From assembly GCA_051362555.1 (NCBI GenBank), contig CM120647.1:15414651-15478650 (forward strand): a stretch of 64,000 bases of DNA. Direction: 5' to 3'. Positions 50,991 through 64,000 of this stretch are shown here, piece by piece; the first letter of the stretch is position 1, and each line of letters opens with the position of its first letter. Source of the DNA: Lingula anatina (Eukaryota; Animalia; Brachiopoda). The position numbers were made by a program, and so were the translations under genes. The notes under the pieces were generated by a model, which made no database searches, was not told where the DNA came from, and saw nothing but the letters and a program-made list of their open reading frames with translations.

Positions 50991-52069
50991 TTATAAAATA
51001 AATAAATAAATAAATAAAGATAACAATATTGAATAAAGTAATAATAAACTATTTGACCAAAATCCTGTTGAATTCAGTTAAAAAAGATTTATTCAGGTCC
51101 ACTTAAAAATAGAAATCATTATTCTGAACAATTAACAGTGCGGTATTTATATAAGAATATAATTTGAATTTATATCTAGCAACCAGACAAAATGTTCCGT
51201 CAATTAATAAATGAATAAAGAAATATTACAAAAGAGAAAAAACTAAAAAAAATCAAATATACACTGGTAGTTTGTATTTAGTTGCCATGGGTCATATTAA
51301 ATATGACATCTAGAAAAAAATCACTCGTGAAAATGGCTAACAGACGTGAGATGATCATTTGTAAACAAACACATAAGATTTAGGGTGGGACAACATTTTT
51401 GACCAAGTGTGTACACACGCAATATCCAATATTTTGCATTATTTCATTCATGCTGGTATTTTTTTCATTCACCTACCGAAAATAGCAGTGGACAGTAGCA
51501 CTGCATGGCGCGTTATGCTTCCTTCGACACGTGCAATGTATTGTAGTTCTCTCTGCAAGTGAAAACTTTGCCTCAGTTTCACTGCCACGCAATTTTGACA
51601 GTTAGTTATGATCTAACTCCCTTGGCTGTTGTAATGTGTGTTGGCTACAGTCACTGGATGACTATTGCGATGACCCTGTAGCAACGGTGTGTCGTTACCG
51701 AGCGAGACACCTGTAACAACACAATAGGCATCTTTAATGCTGTTTCTCTTTATTTTTCTTTGATTTGACATCATTGTTTGCTGGGTCTGATACTGGGGTT
51801 TGTGACCCATGTTCCTTCTCCAGATTATTTAACCTATGTTTGGGGTAAATGGCCGTTGGCTCTTAAAGTAGCTAGTTGCCCTTTGTCGGGTTTTGTTTTT
51901 AGTCCTGCTGGGTGTTCACGCAAACTCCTTGCTGGGCAAGCCCAGTGGGGGGGAGCCGTTTTAGCCGCCGACAACCCAACCATGGAACAGGTAGTACTGG
52001 TTTACGTTACCACTAGCAGGCGAAACTGACTTGACTGGCTTAGCATTTCTAGCGGGCTTTAATTAACTG

Positions 52070-53797
52070 TTTTAAGGCACAATTATTAGTTTCGCTGTGT
52101 GTTTCAAAAGGAAGCGAAATACTATTGTAAGTATAAGCACTCACAACTGCCTATCTGCAAATTTTGAATTACTTTACATTTTTAGTATATATTATTGAGT
52201 GTGATTTCGATCACGACCTTTTTTGTCAAGTTACGACATACTAATGTAACATTAAAATTAAATTTGCCCCTAGCGGAGATAATATCTACCTAGATTACGG
52301 TCTCAGTACTGACGTATCTCTTGTCTTTGCGTCCGTTACGCTTTAAGTCATTATAAATACTTTGAGAATCTCACCTTCTATGACAACAGTGGCAAAGAGT
52401 ACTATGAGCACAAGAAGAACGCAAGACTTCACTGTTCCAATGGACGTTGTCCTAGCAGGAGACTCGATCAGTTCTCTACGATGAGATTTGCAGCCCAAGC
52501 CGCTATTTATACGTTTCTGTGCAAGCAAATCCCTATCAATCTTCAGCAAGGAAACACAGAATAATAAGGTCATGAAATATGGTCCCAGCAAGGTATTTTT
52601 TGTTTCAGACTTTTCCTTAATCATTTATACACGGTGTTACGTACGAAAACCATTATCATTTTTCAAAGCGATGTCTAAAAGCAGAAGCGCTCTCTAATTT
52701 TGCTTTCTTTTCCCCTTTTTTAGTTCCTAACCTAAACAATTTTGCAAACATTACCCCTTTCCTGTCGTGATACAAATGATAGGCAAAACTTAATATAATT
52801 TTCATTGTTGCATTATTTTAATTCAAATTCTGAAAAAAGTTTATTTTGTAAGGGAAATCTTACTCTCTAATATCTATACATAAGATATGCATAAAATACA
52901 AGCACGCAAAAGATGCACTTGCAGTAGACCCGTCGTATTCACATCTTTCGTACAACATCTGAAAAAATGCTGTGAATTTATCTTAAACTGAATAAATAAA
53001 AACAATTATTCAATTATTGCTATTTTTAAAGATTAATTTTATTTTACTCGCGGCTTATATTTGTTGAATTATAAATTTCACTATATTTTCTTCTTATATT
53101 ATTGGAAACTGACCTCTGGACGTTATTGAGAAAATCAGACCGTCCAGCAATATTTTTTCTTTAAATCGCCATTGAGAAGTTTCACAACTCTTATTTTAAG
53201 GATGAAAAACTTCCCCTTGATTCTGTATTCTGCACTCGCCAAACACCGCTGCAAAAGACATTCCTTTATTATATGGACTATTTTGTGGCTGGTAAAAAAT
53301 ACTCCCGCCCCTAATGATTGCATAAATACAATACGTAAATGTATTAAAATTTTATCAATCTTCAACAAGGACACATACAGAATGAGATATGGTCCCAGCA
53401 AGGTATTTTCTGTTTCCAACATTTCCTTAATCATTATTACGTAACTCGACGTAATAAAACAATTATCATTTGTTAAAGCGATCCTAATGACAAGTATTAC
53501 CTGCTTGTTCAAAGTCCGCCCTGTTTAATGCAATCTACCAGCACATTTATTTCTGCACTTCTTTTTTTCCACAAGTATACATGCTTCCTTTATTCTTTAA
53601 TACACATAGAATAATATCAAAAATTAAACCGAGCCTTTTTGCCGTTGAAATAAAATCGTCACTTACACACAATGATTCATTCTTAAACACCTGCTGTTGA
53701 TTGGTGAGGAGGATGTTACCTTTTAGCAAATGAATTTACCACGTATATGATAAACAAAATGACAAATTCAATGAAAATTAGTCAATTTGTTTAGTTT
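52070..53797 (-). other. Inversion carrying the promoter and exon 1 of copy I
   Basis: Same breakpoints as 20107-22091. Contains exon 1 at 52375-52432 (minus strand, GTG in place of ATG) and TATAAATA at ~52505-52512. Confidence 0.85.
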
Positions 53798-53811
53798 AAT
53801 TTGCATTAAAA

Positions 53812-53879
<68 letters not shown>

Positions 53880-54208
53880 GTAAAACCATTATAGTCTCTT
53901 CTATGAGGTGTGCCTGTCCTTTGTAAATCACTCTCAAAAATATGCTAAAACAATCCAAAATATTATTTGTTACTACAAACAAGAGCCAGTTAGAAATTTT
54001 ATTTAGACCAGGAAAATGAATTTGTTCAGAAAGGGCAAAGATGGTGCCACCAATTACTGGCACCACTCCTAAGCAAAATTAGAAAGAACACACGTTTTAT
54101 GTCCACTGTGTTATTTTCTTCAATTAACATGTGAATTGAGAAATTACGCGCAAAATAAATGCACATGGATTTACAGTTACACGTTTTTGTTTTCATTTTT
54201 TTATATAG

Positions 54209-54345
54209 ACACGGCCGGGCAAAGTGTAGCGCGTGCTTCGTGCGAATGCTGTGGTCGCACGTGTAGCAGCGACCATGGGAGTTGCAGGTGCGGCGGAAGG
54301 CCACCCCACTGCTACTGCCTTGCAGTTGATCACACCACAGCGTAA
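54209..54345 (+). pseudogene. Orphan exon 2, copy I (intact frame and splice sites)
   Basis: tatag|AC ACG GCC... reads DTAGQSVARASCECCGRTCSSDHGSCRCGGRPPHCYCLAVDHTTA*. Donor GC|GTAAGG; D-type exon 3 at 55117. Confidence 0.8.
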
Positions 54346-56105
54346 GGGGTGTTGTGATGAGATTGTTCATAGCAGTGTTTTCACAAATACATTAAGGCCA
54401 GATACAAGTTACACATAAAAATGTTGATTATTGTCCAAACCATAGACTAGTAAATTCTACAAATCAATTTGGTAATATTGTTGTGAGAAATCATGAGAAT
54501 GTATTAATGGCTTGTAAAAACACCACCAAAGAAAACTTTATAATAGAAAATACAGTTTGCCCAAAGTTATTAGTTGAGAGACCGGAAAAAATAATGAGAT
54601 GGACGGTCTTGTAAAATCTATTAAAGAGAGAGATAAAAGGTGGGGGAGGGAAGATGAGGTGGAAGGAGAACCAGGTTGTACGTGTGTATGTCATTTACTC
54701 TGTCATATTTGGCGTCTATTTCGAAACCTCCATTCTTGACTTCAACAACATTTCTGCGCTTAAGTCATAAAATTATGTATGTAATTTTCTCTAATTGGGG
54801 GGAAACCGAAAGATATACAGGTAGCCCCAAGATGGACGTTCTTGTAAATTCTATTAAAGAGAGAGAGAGAGAGAGAGGAGGGAGGGGGATGGAAGGAGAA
54901 TTAGAGAACCAGGCTGTACGTTTGTTTGCCACATACTCTGATTGTAATATGTGGCGTTTATTTCCATTCAATTTTGTGATAAAGTCTAATTCAAGCTATA
55001 TAATGTGCGTTCAAATAAGTAAATAGAAAAAAAATGAACATCGTGCTGTAAATGATCAGTTAAATACAATGGTTAATTATTTAATAGTTTATAATAACAA
55101 TGTTTTTTGTTCACAGATGACCCTTCCATCGAGGGTAAGCATGACCAGTTGAAACTAAAGAAGAAAACAGAAAACTAGTCACTCAGCTCAATGTAATCTT
55201 ATAGTTGATGTAAAACTGCTGTACCTGGATATTTTTGTGAATTTTGAGTTCAACAGTTAGTGGTCATAACAAAGATTGAGTAAATGCACCTGTATATTAG
55301 GTTTTCTTAATTCAATAAAATGATTTTACAGAGCTTTACATAGCACATCCACTGAAATAGTACAACCCATCCAACTTCTACCATATGTACATAAATGTGC
55401 AAAGAAAATTACTTTCCTTCAACGCCATATCCTTGCACAAAAGTAAGAAAAAGCTGTAAATACACATCTTTATTAGAAAGTATAAAATACAAATTTATAA
55501 TAAGAACAAAAAGTTGCTTTTCAGTTTACACGTATTTTAATCCTGTAGCTAAACAGGTTATAAGACGAGTACTGCCACTAGTCAGAAGAAATCTTTCCAG
55601 TTAATGGTAGCATTAGTATATAATATAGTAATATCAAATCAGTAGAGATACAAATGCTGACAAAATAAAATTGAGTGAGTGGAAGATGGCCTGTCCCCTG
55701 TCCTCTAATTTGTGACCCACATCTAGGAAAGTAAACTTGTATATCGTCCTATAGATGTAGATAAATTTATCTGTGATTTTCCAAATACAAGTAAGGATTA
55801 CCCTGTAATCTCCCACAGGGGGTCTGTGGTATTTCCAGGATATAATATATGTTGCATACTGGTATTGTCTTTTTCCCCTCTTGTCGGTAATGGTCACTGC
55901 CTTGCCTTTGTATTTTCTCTAAATTAAACTGGAAATGACATGCGCAGGGTAAATGTTGATAGAATATACATCACTTATTGGTTGGTTTAGACCGTTAGTT
56001 TTTACTAGTACTTGAAGGAGACATTGTAAAGAAAAATATTATGCTGATAGAAACAACTGGTGGAAAAAACTGCATACACACCGTGATGGCTGGATACTAA
56101 GATCT

Positions 56106-56663
56106 TTATTGGTGTGCAATTTGTTTCTTGTTCCTTTTTGGTCCCACTGTGCTCATTTCAGGTTTGCTGACAGACAGGTACATTACGTTGACATTGGGGC
56201 ATAATTCTTTGCCAGCCAAATAGAATTGATAAGGTGTATCTACAACCATTTTTCTCCGGAGCACTGCTCTCCAAACCTGATGTTTCATTTCCCCTACGAT
56301 CCCATCCACTGGCCCTTTGCCATGGGCAGTGGTATAAAAAGTACCACTGCGCTTCCATACCAAAATCTCTTTCATGATAGTACCATGTTTAGACAGTAAA
56401 AACCAACTTTTTAACTGACTGGGGGTTCCGGATCCATCTGACCAGTAATGGACTTTGCTGAATGATTGCTGGTGTTGGAGGTCTTCGAGAATGGCCTTAT
56501 TACAAGTGAAGACGGACTGTTTGTTATGGTGCAGATCATCAGATACCACAACATATGGTTGGAGCTGGAGGTCTCCTTCAGACTGTTCTAAATCATGCAC
56601 ATGCAGTGAACAGAATGACTTGCTCACAGTTCTAGTGCTCTGACATGATCTCTGGCGGCACAT
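56106..56663 (-). pseudogene. Degraded DNA transposase fragment (possibly Sola-like; superfamily uncertain)
   Basis: KVHYWSDG..SQLK and FYTTAHGKGPVDGIVGEMKHQV are transposase-type motifs. Mostly deleted in the duplicate at ~31470. Confidence 0.6.
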
Positions 56664-59015
56664 GTCAACACCTTATCACTGACAGTCAACCTAGCTAATA
56701 ATCAGTAATGGTTAATGAATTACCCAGTAATGATCAGTTGCAAAAGAAAAATAAGAAATGTAACACACCAGAACACTTGAAAATGATTCAATTGAAGATG
56801 AAAAACCTTGTGTTTCACATCTGTCAGAAAATGTCCCGTCAGAGACAGAAAATGTCCCGTCAGAGACAATGATAAAATGTGGCAATAAATTCACTGTTAA
56901 TTGTTTTAATTTTGTAATCTTTAGCTATAATCATTACTTATCATTATTTAAAAGAGGATTTTAAGTTTCATTTATACAACCTACCAGATGTGGAAAATAT
57001 GAAAACTTTTCGAAGTCAAATGTCTCTGACGGGACACACCACTCCTAGTGCTAAATAATTTTTTACTCAAAATAAGTGAAAGGTGGCAATTTTCTATGTT
57101 CTACTATTACTTCTGATTAGTTTACCATATTTGGGTGATAAAAACAACCTTATATCTGACTCAGGCCAATATGACCATGTGTCCCGTCAGAGACAATTTT
57201 TTTTTCCTTTATGTTTCCCAGTGGCTCACAGAAAAAGTACTGGGAGTATATCAATGAAACTTACATTGTCTGAAAATTTGATTTCTTTTCTACAAAAATG
57301 TAAAAGTTTTAAATTTCAATGAAACAAAAAAAAAATTTGACACCCATGGCACCGTTACCGTGTTTTGACCCATATTCACTATTTTTATTAATTATGAAAT
57401 GTGGATTTAATTCTTCAAACCCAGTTTTGAAGCACTGAGACAACACCCCCTTATGATTTAAACTAAAACTGATAACATTCCATTAGACTTTCATTAGTTT
57501 GTGCAAAATATATTACCCAGGGTAACGCGTCTTGGATTTGGTGGATATAGCTGTTCAACTGTCCTGTGTGCCATAAAAAGGGCAGCTGCTGTTTCCCTTT
57601 TTATGAAATGATAAACTGTGATGGTGTAGCTATCACATCGCAAAATTACAGCTTCCCAGAGAAAGTTTGAAATTTTCGGTCAAATTCAACATTTTGTAAC
57701 CACTAGCAAAGAATGACAGTAATATATAGTTCATTTAAATTATGCAGCACAACAGTCCTTGGCATAAGGGACTTATTTACATTTCTTCATCATAAATGCT
57801 TCAATTTTGCATTCCATTAAAAATATGATGCATCAGCAAGCCTACCTGCCCTGAGCTTTGTTGCTCTCACTAGCTTTCCCATCAAGTGGTGGAAGATCTT
57901 TGGCTTCTTCTTCCTGAATAAACCAATGAGGAAAGTCAACCTAATAATGCATGCATTAATACGAACACATATGCCCCACCTCAGATTCTAACTACTAAAT
58001 AAATAATATATTCTTCAACCCTCTACTAGTCATAATATCCTAAACACTTCAACTAACTCCCGTTATCAACATTTACAAAACAACATTTTATCTAGCAAAT
58101 TTGGATAATGTAATTATTTCATGTAATATATATTTCCTCGATAATTGTGAGGTCACCCGTACACGAAAAACAATGCTTACATCGCTTTATTCATCGCTTT
58201 ATTACTTTATTCATTTATTAGCTGTCTGGATTTGGAGACTAAGCAAGTCCGATAATATAGACGTTTCTCAAGACATTTGCGTCTCGTTATACACAACGTA
58301 TACATAACGAAATCATATGCAAAAAATGCGTATCGCTAGAATTTTCATTACGTGACATAATGTATAAATAACTCAAAACTTACCCGCCGGTGGCTAAATC
58401 ACACACTTTCAGAATTACGCCGCCATTGTTAATTGTTTTGGTCTCGAATGAAAGCGAGAATCCACGGGACATCAAAAGGTCATTGGCAACGCATTGCTTG
58501 ACGAACGGCAAGGAGAGCATCGAAAGCCCCATTGACAATCACAGTTTTCATAATGATTACGATAACTGCAGTTTTGGTGGTGAAATGCAATTAATTATAT
58601 ATTCATATGTTGTTTACAACGTATTTCTTGTGGAATATTGAATCTCAAACGAACAGTTGTTATGCCTTTAAGTTTAAGGAGCAATGCAAATGTCTATAAT
58701 TTGTGTGTAATAATAATGGATATTAATCACGAAGGAAAAGTGGTATTGTTTACAAAAGTGTTTAAGTTTAACTGCGACAAGCAGGAAAAGAAATATTGTG
58801 AGTACACTTTCGCTTTTAAAGTAGTTTTGACAAATGGTAATTGTTTTATTGCGTAACGCCGTGTATAAATGATTAAGGAAACGTTTGAAACAGCGACCAT
58901 ATTTCATTATAATTTATAGTATATGTTTCCATGCTGACGATTATTTGGCAGAAAATTGAACAATCTGTATTGATCCGATTATTAGGAGAGGTAAAAAACC
59001 AATAGATACATGACT

Positions 59016-59503
59016 CACTGAGAAGAAATTGGAGTCATTTGACTCTCTACTCAGAGTCCAGCACCCCTTGACCCTCATGGAGTTAATTTGACTCCTATAA
59101 GGGTCAAATTACCTCACTACCAGAGCTTTAGACTCTCTTATCAGAGTCAATCACCCCCTGGCTCTCATGGAGTCAATCTGACTCTAAAATCAGAGTCAAA
59201 TTATCGGGGGCCAGTGTCTGGCTGACCCCTTTCACCGACTTTTTTCGCTCGCTGGACAGTAAGGTTTGATTCATTACTTGTGATGGCAGTGTGCAGACGG
59301 CGTGGAGAGAACAGTTTTCATCATCCTTTGTCAGTATAAACATTACTTTATTGGCCATAGTTGGTTTTATGCATAAACAAGTGGTTTTCTGTGTGTTTCT
59401 GCATGCAGAACTCGTGCGCTTAATTATTACTGGCCCCGGCTTTCAGTTGCCACACCCTTTATGTGATATGTTGGTATACAGGTTGTAGGTTTGACCCACC
59501 AAT

Positions 59504-59592
<89 letters not shown>

Positions 59593-59998
59593 TGTTTATT
59601 ACCAGATTTACAAACTGTTTGTTATTGCTGTTTCAACACCACATGTGACCGCATGGCCTAGTGGTTAGGGTGTCTGCCTCTGGGGTTCAAGGCCGTCCGG
59701 GGACACAACAATCTGAAATGAACGTTACTTGCTCTTTCTCCCCTTGGCGATGTTGTTGTTTTTGTTCATGATGTGCCTAGGAGTAAAAAAATCCTTAAAA
59801 TGGGGTCATGGTGACTCTTTTGTAGAGATAGATCAAGGGATGAAGTGATGTGTGAATGGAGTTAATTGTGACCCTCCTTTGGGGTCTGGGCTGGCATTTC
59901 TTCATCGGAGTCAACTTGACTCCAATTGGGAGTTATTTTAGGCACCACTGCTGGACTCCAAGTTTGGAGTCACTTGGACTCCGATTTTATTCTCAGTG
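59016..59998. mobile_element. CACTG-ended element, duplicate of 32804-33660
   Basis: Same termini, with one extra subterminal repeat block. Confidence 0.7.
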
Positions 59999-60785
59999 GC
60001 TGAGTACATATACAGTTGGTGACGAATCAAACCACAGAGTATCATTTATATTTTGAAAGTTATAGACACATATAACCAGCCAGAAAATTAGCGATAGGCC
60101 AAATGCTTGCCTTTTTAATCGATGTTTCTTGTGTGTAAAATACAGCGTCCTGTGCATTCAATATTCAAATGCAGTGAATCTTCTAGATTCCTGCAAATCG
60201 GTCTTATTTTTGCAATGAAGGCCAGAGGTTGACTTGTAATAAAATAAGAAATGAAATATAATTAATGAAAATTCTGATTCATTTAAATAAAAATAAGTAA
60301 TACATTAAATATGATAAATTTAAAGTTAAAAAATAAAAAAAAAAATATTTTTTGACCATAATATCATTTATATCAGTTGAAGATATTATGAAGGCTTAAA
60401 GGTAAACCTTACGCGTGCAGTAGCTAACTGTTAACGAAATTAACAGATGTGTTTGCAAATTTTCGAATTGTTTATTTTGTACGTGGCAATTAGATACTAG
60501 AGAGTAAGATTGCTTTCACCAAATAAGACATTTTGAGAAATGATAATGATTTTATTGCATAACACTGCGTATTAATGATTCAGAAAAAAGTCTGAAACAG
60601 AAAACATCTTGCTGGCACCATATTTCAGGGCAATCTGTTTCTGTTTCCTTGCTGAGGGTAAACAGATATTTCCTTGTACAGAATTGTATAAATAGCGGCT
60701 TGGGATGCGTAAGATAGCAAGTCTCTTAGAAGAGAACAAATTCCTGAGATTTCATTCTCCTGCTAGGACAACTTCCATTGGAACA

Positions 60786-62183
60786 ATGAAGTCGTGCGCT
60801 CTTCTTGTGCTTTTGGTGCTCTTTGCCGCTGTTGTCATAGAAGGTGAGAAACAAAATATTTATAATGACTTAAAGCGTAAGTAATGACGAAAAGAAAAGA
60901 GATGTCAGAAGTGAGACAGTACTCTAGACAGGCAGTATCTCAGCTCGGGCGAGATTTATTTAGAAATGTTAACAAACTATGACATGAGTGCTTACTAACA
61001 GTGGTATTTTGCTTTCTTTTGAAATACACAGTGAAACTAATAATTGTGCCTGAATTTGCATTTCCACAAATTATCTTGAGTCAAGTTAGAAAATATCTGA
61101 ATACATATATAAAACCATTTTAGTCTGTTCTATGAGGGGTGTCTGTTCTTTGAAGATCACTCTGAAGAAGAAGCTAAAACAATCAAAAATTATTTGTCAC
61201 TACCAAAGTATACCAGTAAGAAAATTATTGAATTTAATGGAGACCAAGAAATGTACATGGAGTTCAGAAAGGGCATAGATGGTGACACACATAACTGACA
61301 CCATTCCTAAGTAAAATTGGAAAGAACACATCTTTTAAGTTCCAATTTGTTATTTTTTTATTAACAATTGAATTTAGAAACTACGCGCAAAATAAATGCT
61401 CACGGGATTTCAGTAACGGATTTATATTTACCATTTTTTCATTTTGATATAGACACATCCGGGCAAGCTGTAGCGTATGCCACGTGCACCTGCTGTGGTC
61501 ACAGGTGTAGCAGCGACCATGGGAGATGCGAGTGCGGCGGAATTCCACCCAACTGCTACTGTGCTGCAGTTGATTACACAACAAGGTAAAAGGTTTTGCA
61601 ATCAGATTGTTCATAGCAGTATTTTCACAAATACATATTTAGACCAGCTGCTTGTTACACATAAAAAAATGTTGATTATTGTTCGAACCTTAGACTTCTA
61701 GCTAATTAGTAAATTCTGCAAGTCAATTTTTATGACATTGTTGTGAGAAACCATGAGAGTGACTTTATGGCTAGTAAAAACACCACAACAGAACACTATT
61801 TAATAACAAATACAGTTTGCCCAAAAAACCGAAAGACCGAAAAAATAACGAGATGGACGGTCTTGTAAATTCTATGAAGGAGAGAGAGAGAGAGAGGTGG
61901 GGGAGGGAGGGGAAGGTGGAAAGAGGATTAAAGAACCAGGTTGTACGTGTGTATGTCTTTTACTTTGATTGTCGTATGTAGTGTTTATTTCCATTCACTT
62001 TTGTCATATAATCTAATGCAAGCTATATAATGTGCGTTCAAATAAGTAAATAGAAAAAAAATAAATATCGTATTGTAAATGTTCAGTTAAATACAATGGT
62101 TCATTATTTAAAAGTTTATAATAACAGTTAAGAACAGTTTACACATATTTTTTGTTTGCAGAAGACCCTTCTTTCGAGGGTAA
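60786..62183 (+). CDS. Cys-rich secreted peptide, copy J (70 aa, 3 coding exons)
   Basis: TATAAA 60687; exons 60786-60843, 61453-61585, 62162-62183. Protein MKSCALLVLLVLFAAVVIE-DTSGQAVAYATCTCCGHRCSSDHGRCECGGIPPNCYCAAVDYTTR-RPFFRG*. AATAAA at ~62298. Confidence 0.9.
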
Positions 62184-63052
62184 GCATGGCCAGTTGGACA
62201 TAAAGAAGAAAACAGGAAACTAGTCACTCAGCTAAATGTAAAGCTGCTGTATTTGGACATTTTTTTGTGAATTTTGAGTTCAACAATAAGTGGCCATAAT
62301 AAAGATTGTAGTAAATACGTTGTATTTACTGCATTATCAAAACTCTAATTTTACTGCTTTTGTCGTTGTTGAAAATAGTTTAAATGCTTGATACGTATAT
62401 TAAATCAATGGGCAATGCACCACTGAAAATTAGAGGCTATATCATTTATTTCATAAGCATGAATGAAAAAGTAAACTTATCAAGATCTCTTTATTAGAAC
62501 GGAATGCTTTAACCTCTGTTATAGTTATTTGTGTTACTTAAAAATATTGCTGCACCGGAAAAATCTTGATACACAGAAAACTAGCCAAAGCATTTCGAGT
62601 ACCAAAATGTTTCCAGCACTATATATATATTAAGATTCTTTTGCATTATTCGTCATATTCCTCGTATAAAAATACTGACTACAGTAACATTTGTTGCATT
62701 TTAACTATTTCTTGAATGTGATGTCCAAATACAAATTTAACATTATTACCCAAGTGCCTCGTGATTAAAGTCTAAACAGAAAAAGCGAAAGTATGTCAAA
62801 ATCATTTCATGTTTTTTGTCGAAATTCAGCACAATTTATTAAGAAACAAATCTACTTTGTTGCAATAACACATCAGTTAATGAAAAGTTGCAAAGTTTTT
62901 GGCTGTAGCCAACAGGGCATTCGCCATATTGGTCAATCAAGGTCATCACGCACGCGCCACCGATGACACACTTTTTACGGCATTCATTGGTCAGCTGTGT
63001 AATGCACTATTTTCCACCGCAACCACTTCTACAGCTGCGGCAAAAATTAAAA

Positions 63053-63142
<90 letters not shown>

Positions 63143-63559
63143 GATGAACAGTTTTTATACAAGTGCTATTAGATATCACCTTGAATTCTGACAAAAATAG
63201 AATGATACTTTTAAAAATAAACGAAACGCAGAGAATACATAGTATTCTGATTTTTTTATATATATACACGCACATTTATTTTTTATCTGTGTTCTAGTTT
63301 CTGCATTTTATTTGATTAAGTGACTAACATAGCTACAGACTGAGTTATCATTGTCGTAAAAAAACCAGGTGCCTCCATTTTTACATTGTATGTAACAGCT
63401 TACTTTAACCATGGGTATATCTTCTTAAACTTCGCATCTTCTTCAACATGAAAGATAAAATATGAAATTAAAAGATAAATAAATACATAAATAAATAACA
63501 ACATTTTGTGCCAAGAAATAATACTATGAGATATTTTAATGCAAATGAGACTTGAAGAA

Positions 63560-63882
63560 ATATACTAGTATACATGTACGTGCTGTAGAGCACTGACAAA
63601 GATTTTGTGGACTAGTCTTCTGTTTTCCTTTCCTTCTGTTTTCCTCGGTACATTTATATGTTATTTACAGTTGGTGCATGTTTGCATGCACTTTTCAAGT
63701 GACGTTTTTGCTTCAGTTCTACCACATCCCTCATAACCGCCTTTGTACCTCGTCCCGCCACTGTGGCCGTTAAGTTGTTGGTGGCTGTCTTCAGTTTTGC
63801 CATATATGGACTTAAGAAGACGTACCAGAAGTATTTGAAATACATCTGCTTTGAAAAGCTCGAAAATTTCGTATATTCGTGA
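63560..63882 (+). pseudogene. Decayed GPCR remnant, duplicate of 37150-37542
   Basis: TM7/helix-8-like VKLLVAVFSFAIYGLKKTYQKYLKYI. Confidence 0.65.
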
Positions 63883-64000
63883 CTACAACAACAGTACTTA
63901 AGTTATAAGCTAATGTATGTAGTTTGCTTTAATTCAAGGAATACTGAAAGAAATACACGTAGCCAATTTTCAACGAGGTGTTTTTTTAATAGCAGCATTC

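Larger units (their letters stand above)
51190..64000 (+). repeat. Segmental duplicate of ~19230-24030 plus ~30125-37680
   Basis: Colinear, highly similar sequence including the inversion, the orphan exon 2, the CACTG element and copies E/J. The junction at ~54828 (gtagcccc|aagatggacg) omits ~24030-30125. Confidence 0.9.

Overview
AT-rich eukaryotic DNA with GT-AG introns, microsatellites and decayed transposons; an invertebrate, probably mollusc-like, genome (inference). Almost the whole window is a tandem array of a ~6 kb unit. Each unit carries a small spliced gene for a secreted cysteine-rich peptide: a TATA promoter, a 58-nt exon 1 (signal peptide MKSCALLVLLVLFATVVIE), a phase-1 intron, exon 2 (8-Cys core C-x-CC-x3/4-C-x6-C-x-C-x2/6-C-x-C), and a short exon 3 with AATAAA. 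Many units also carry a fragment of a class A GPCR. Ten exon-2 copies are visible: one cut by the window edge, six with complete reading frames, two cut off from their promoter by a shared ~1.7-2 kb inversion, and one clear pseudogene. The array shows hypervariable mature peptides, purely non-synonymous divergence between two recent duplicates, a splice-donor/stop overlap that toggles a C-terminal tail, and a compensated frameshift in one signal exon. A large segmental duplication (about 19-37.7 kb versus 51-64 kb), Academ-like, Tc1-like, EnSpm-like and Harbinger-like elements, an L2 LINE tail and an inverted pair of minimal hammerhead ribozymes are also present. The ORF track misses the peptide genes because they are spliced. 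All gene models are read by eye and lack transcript support.
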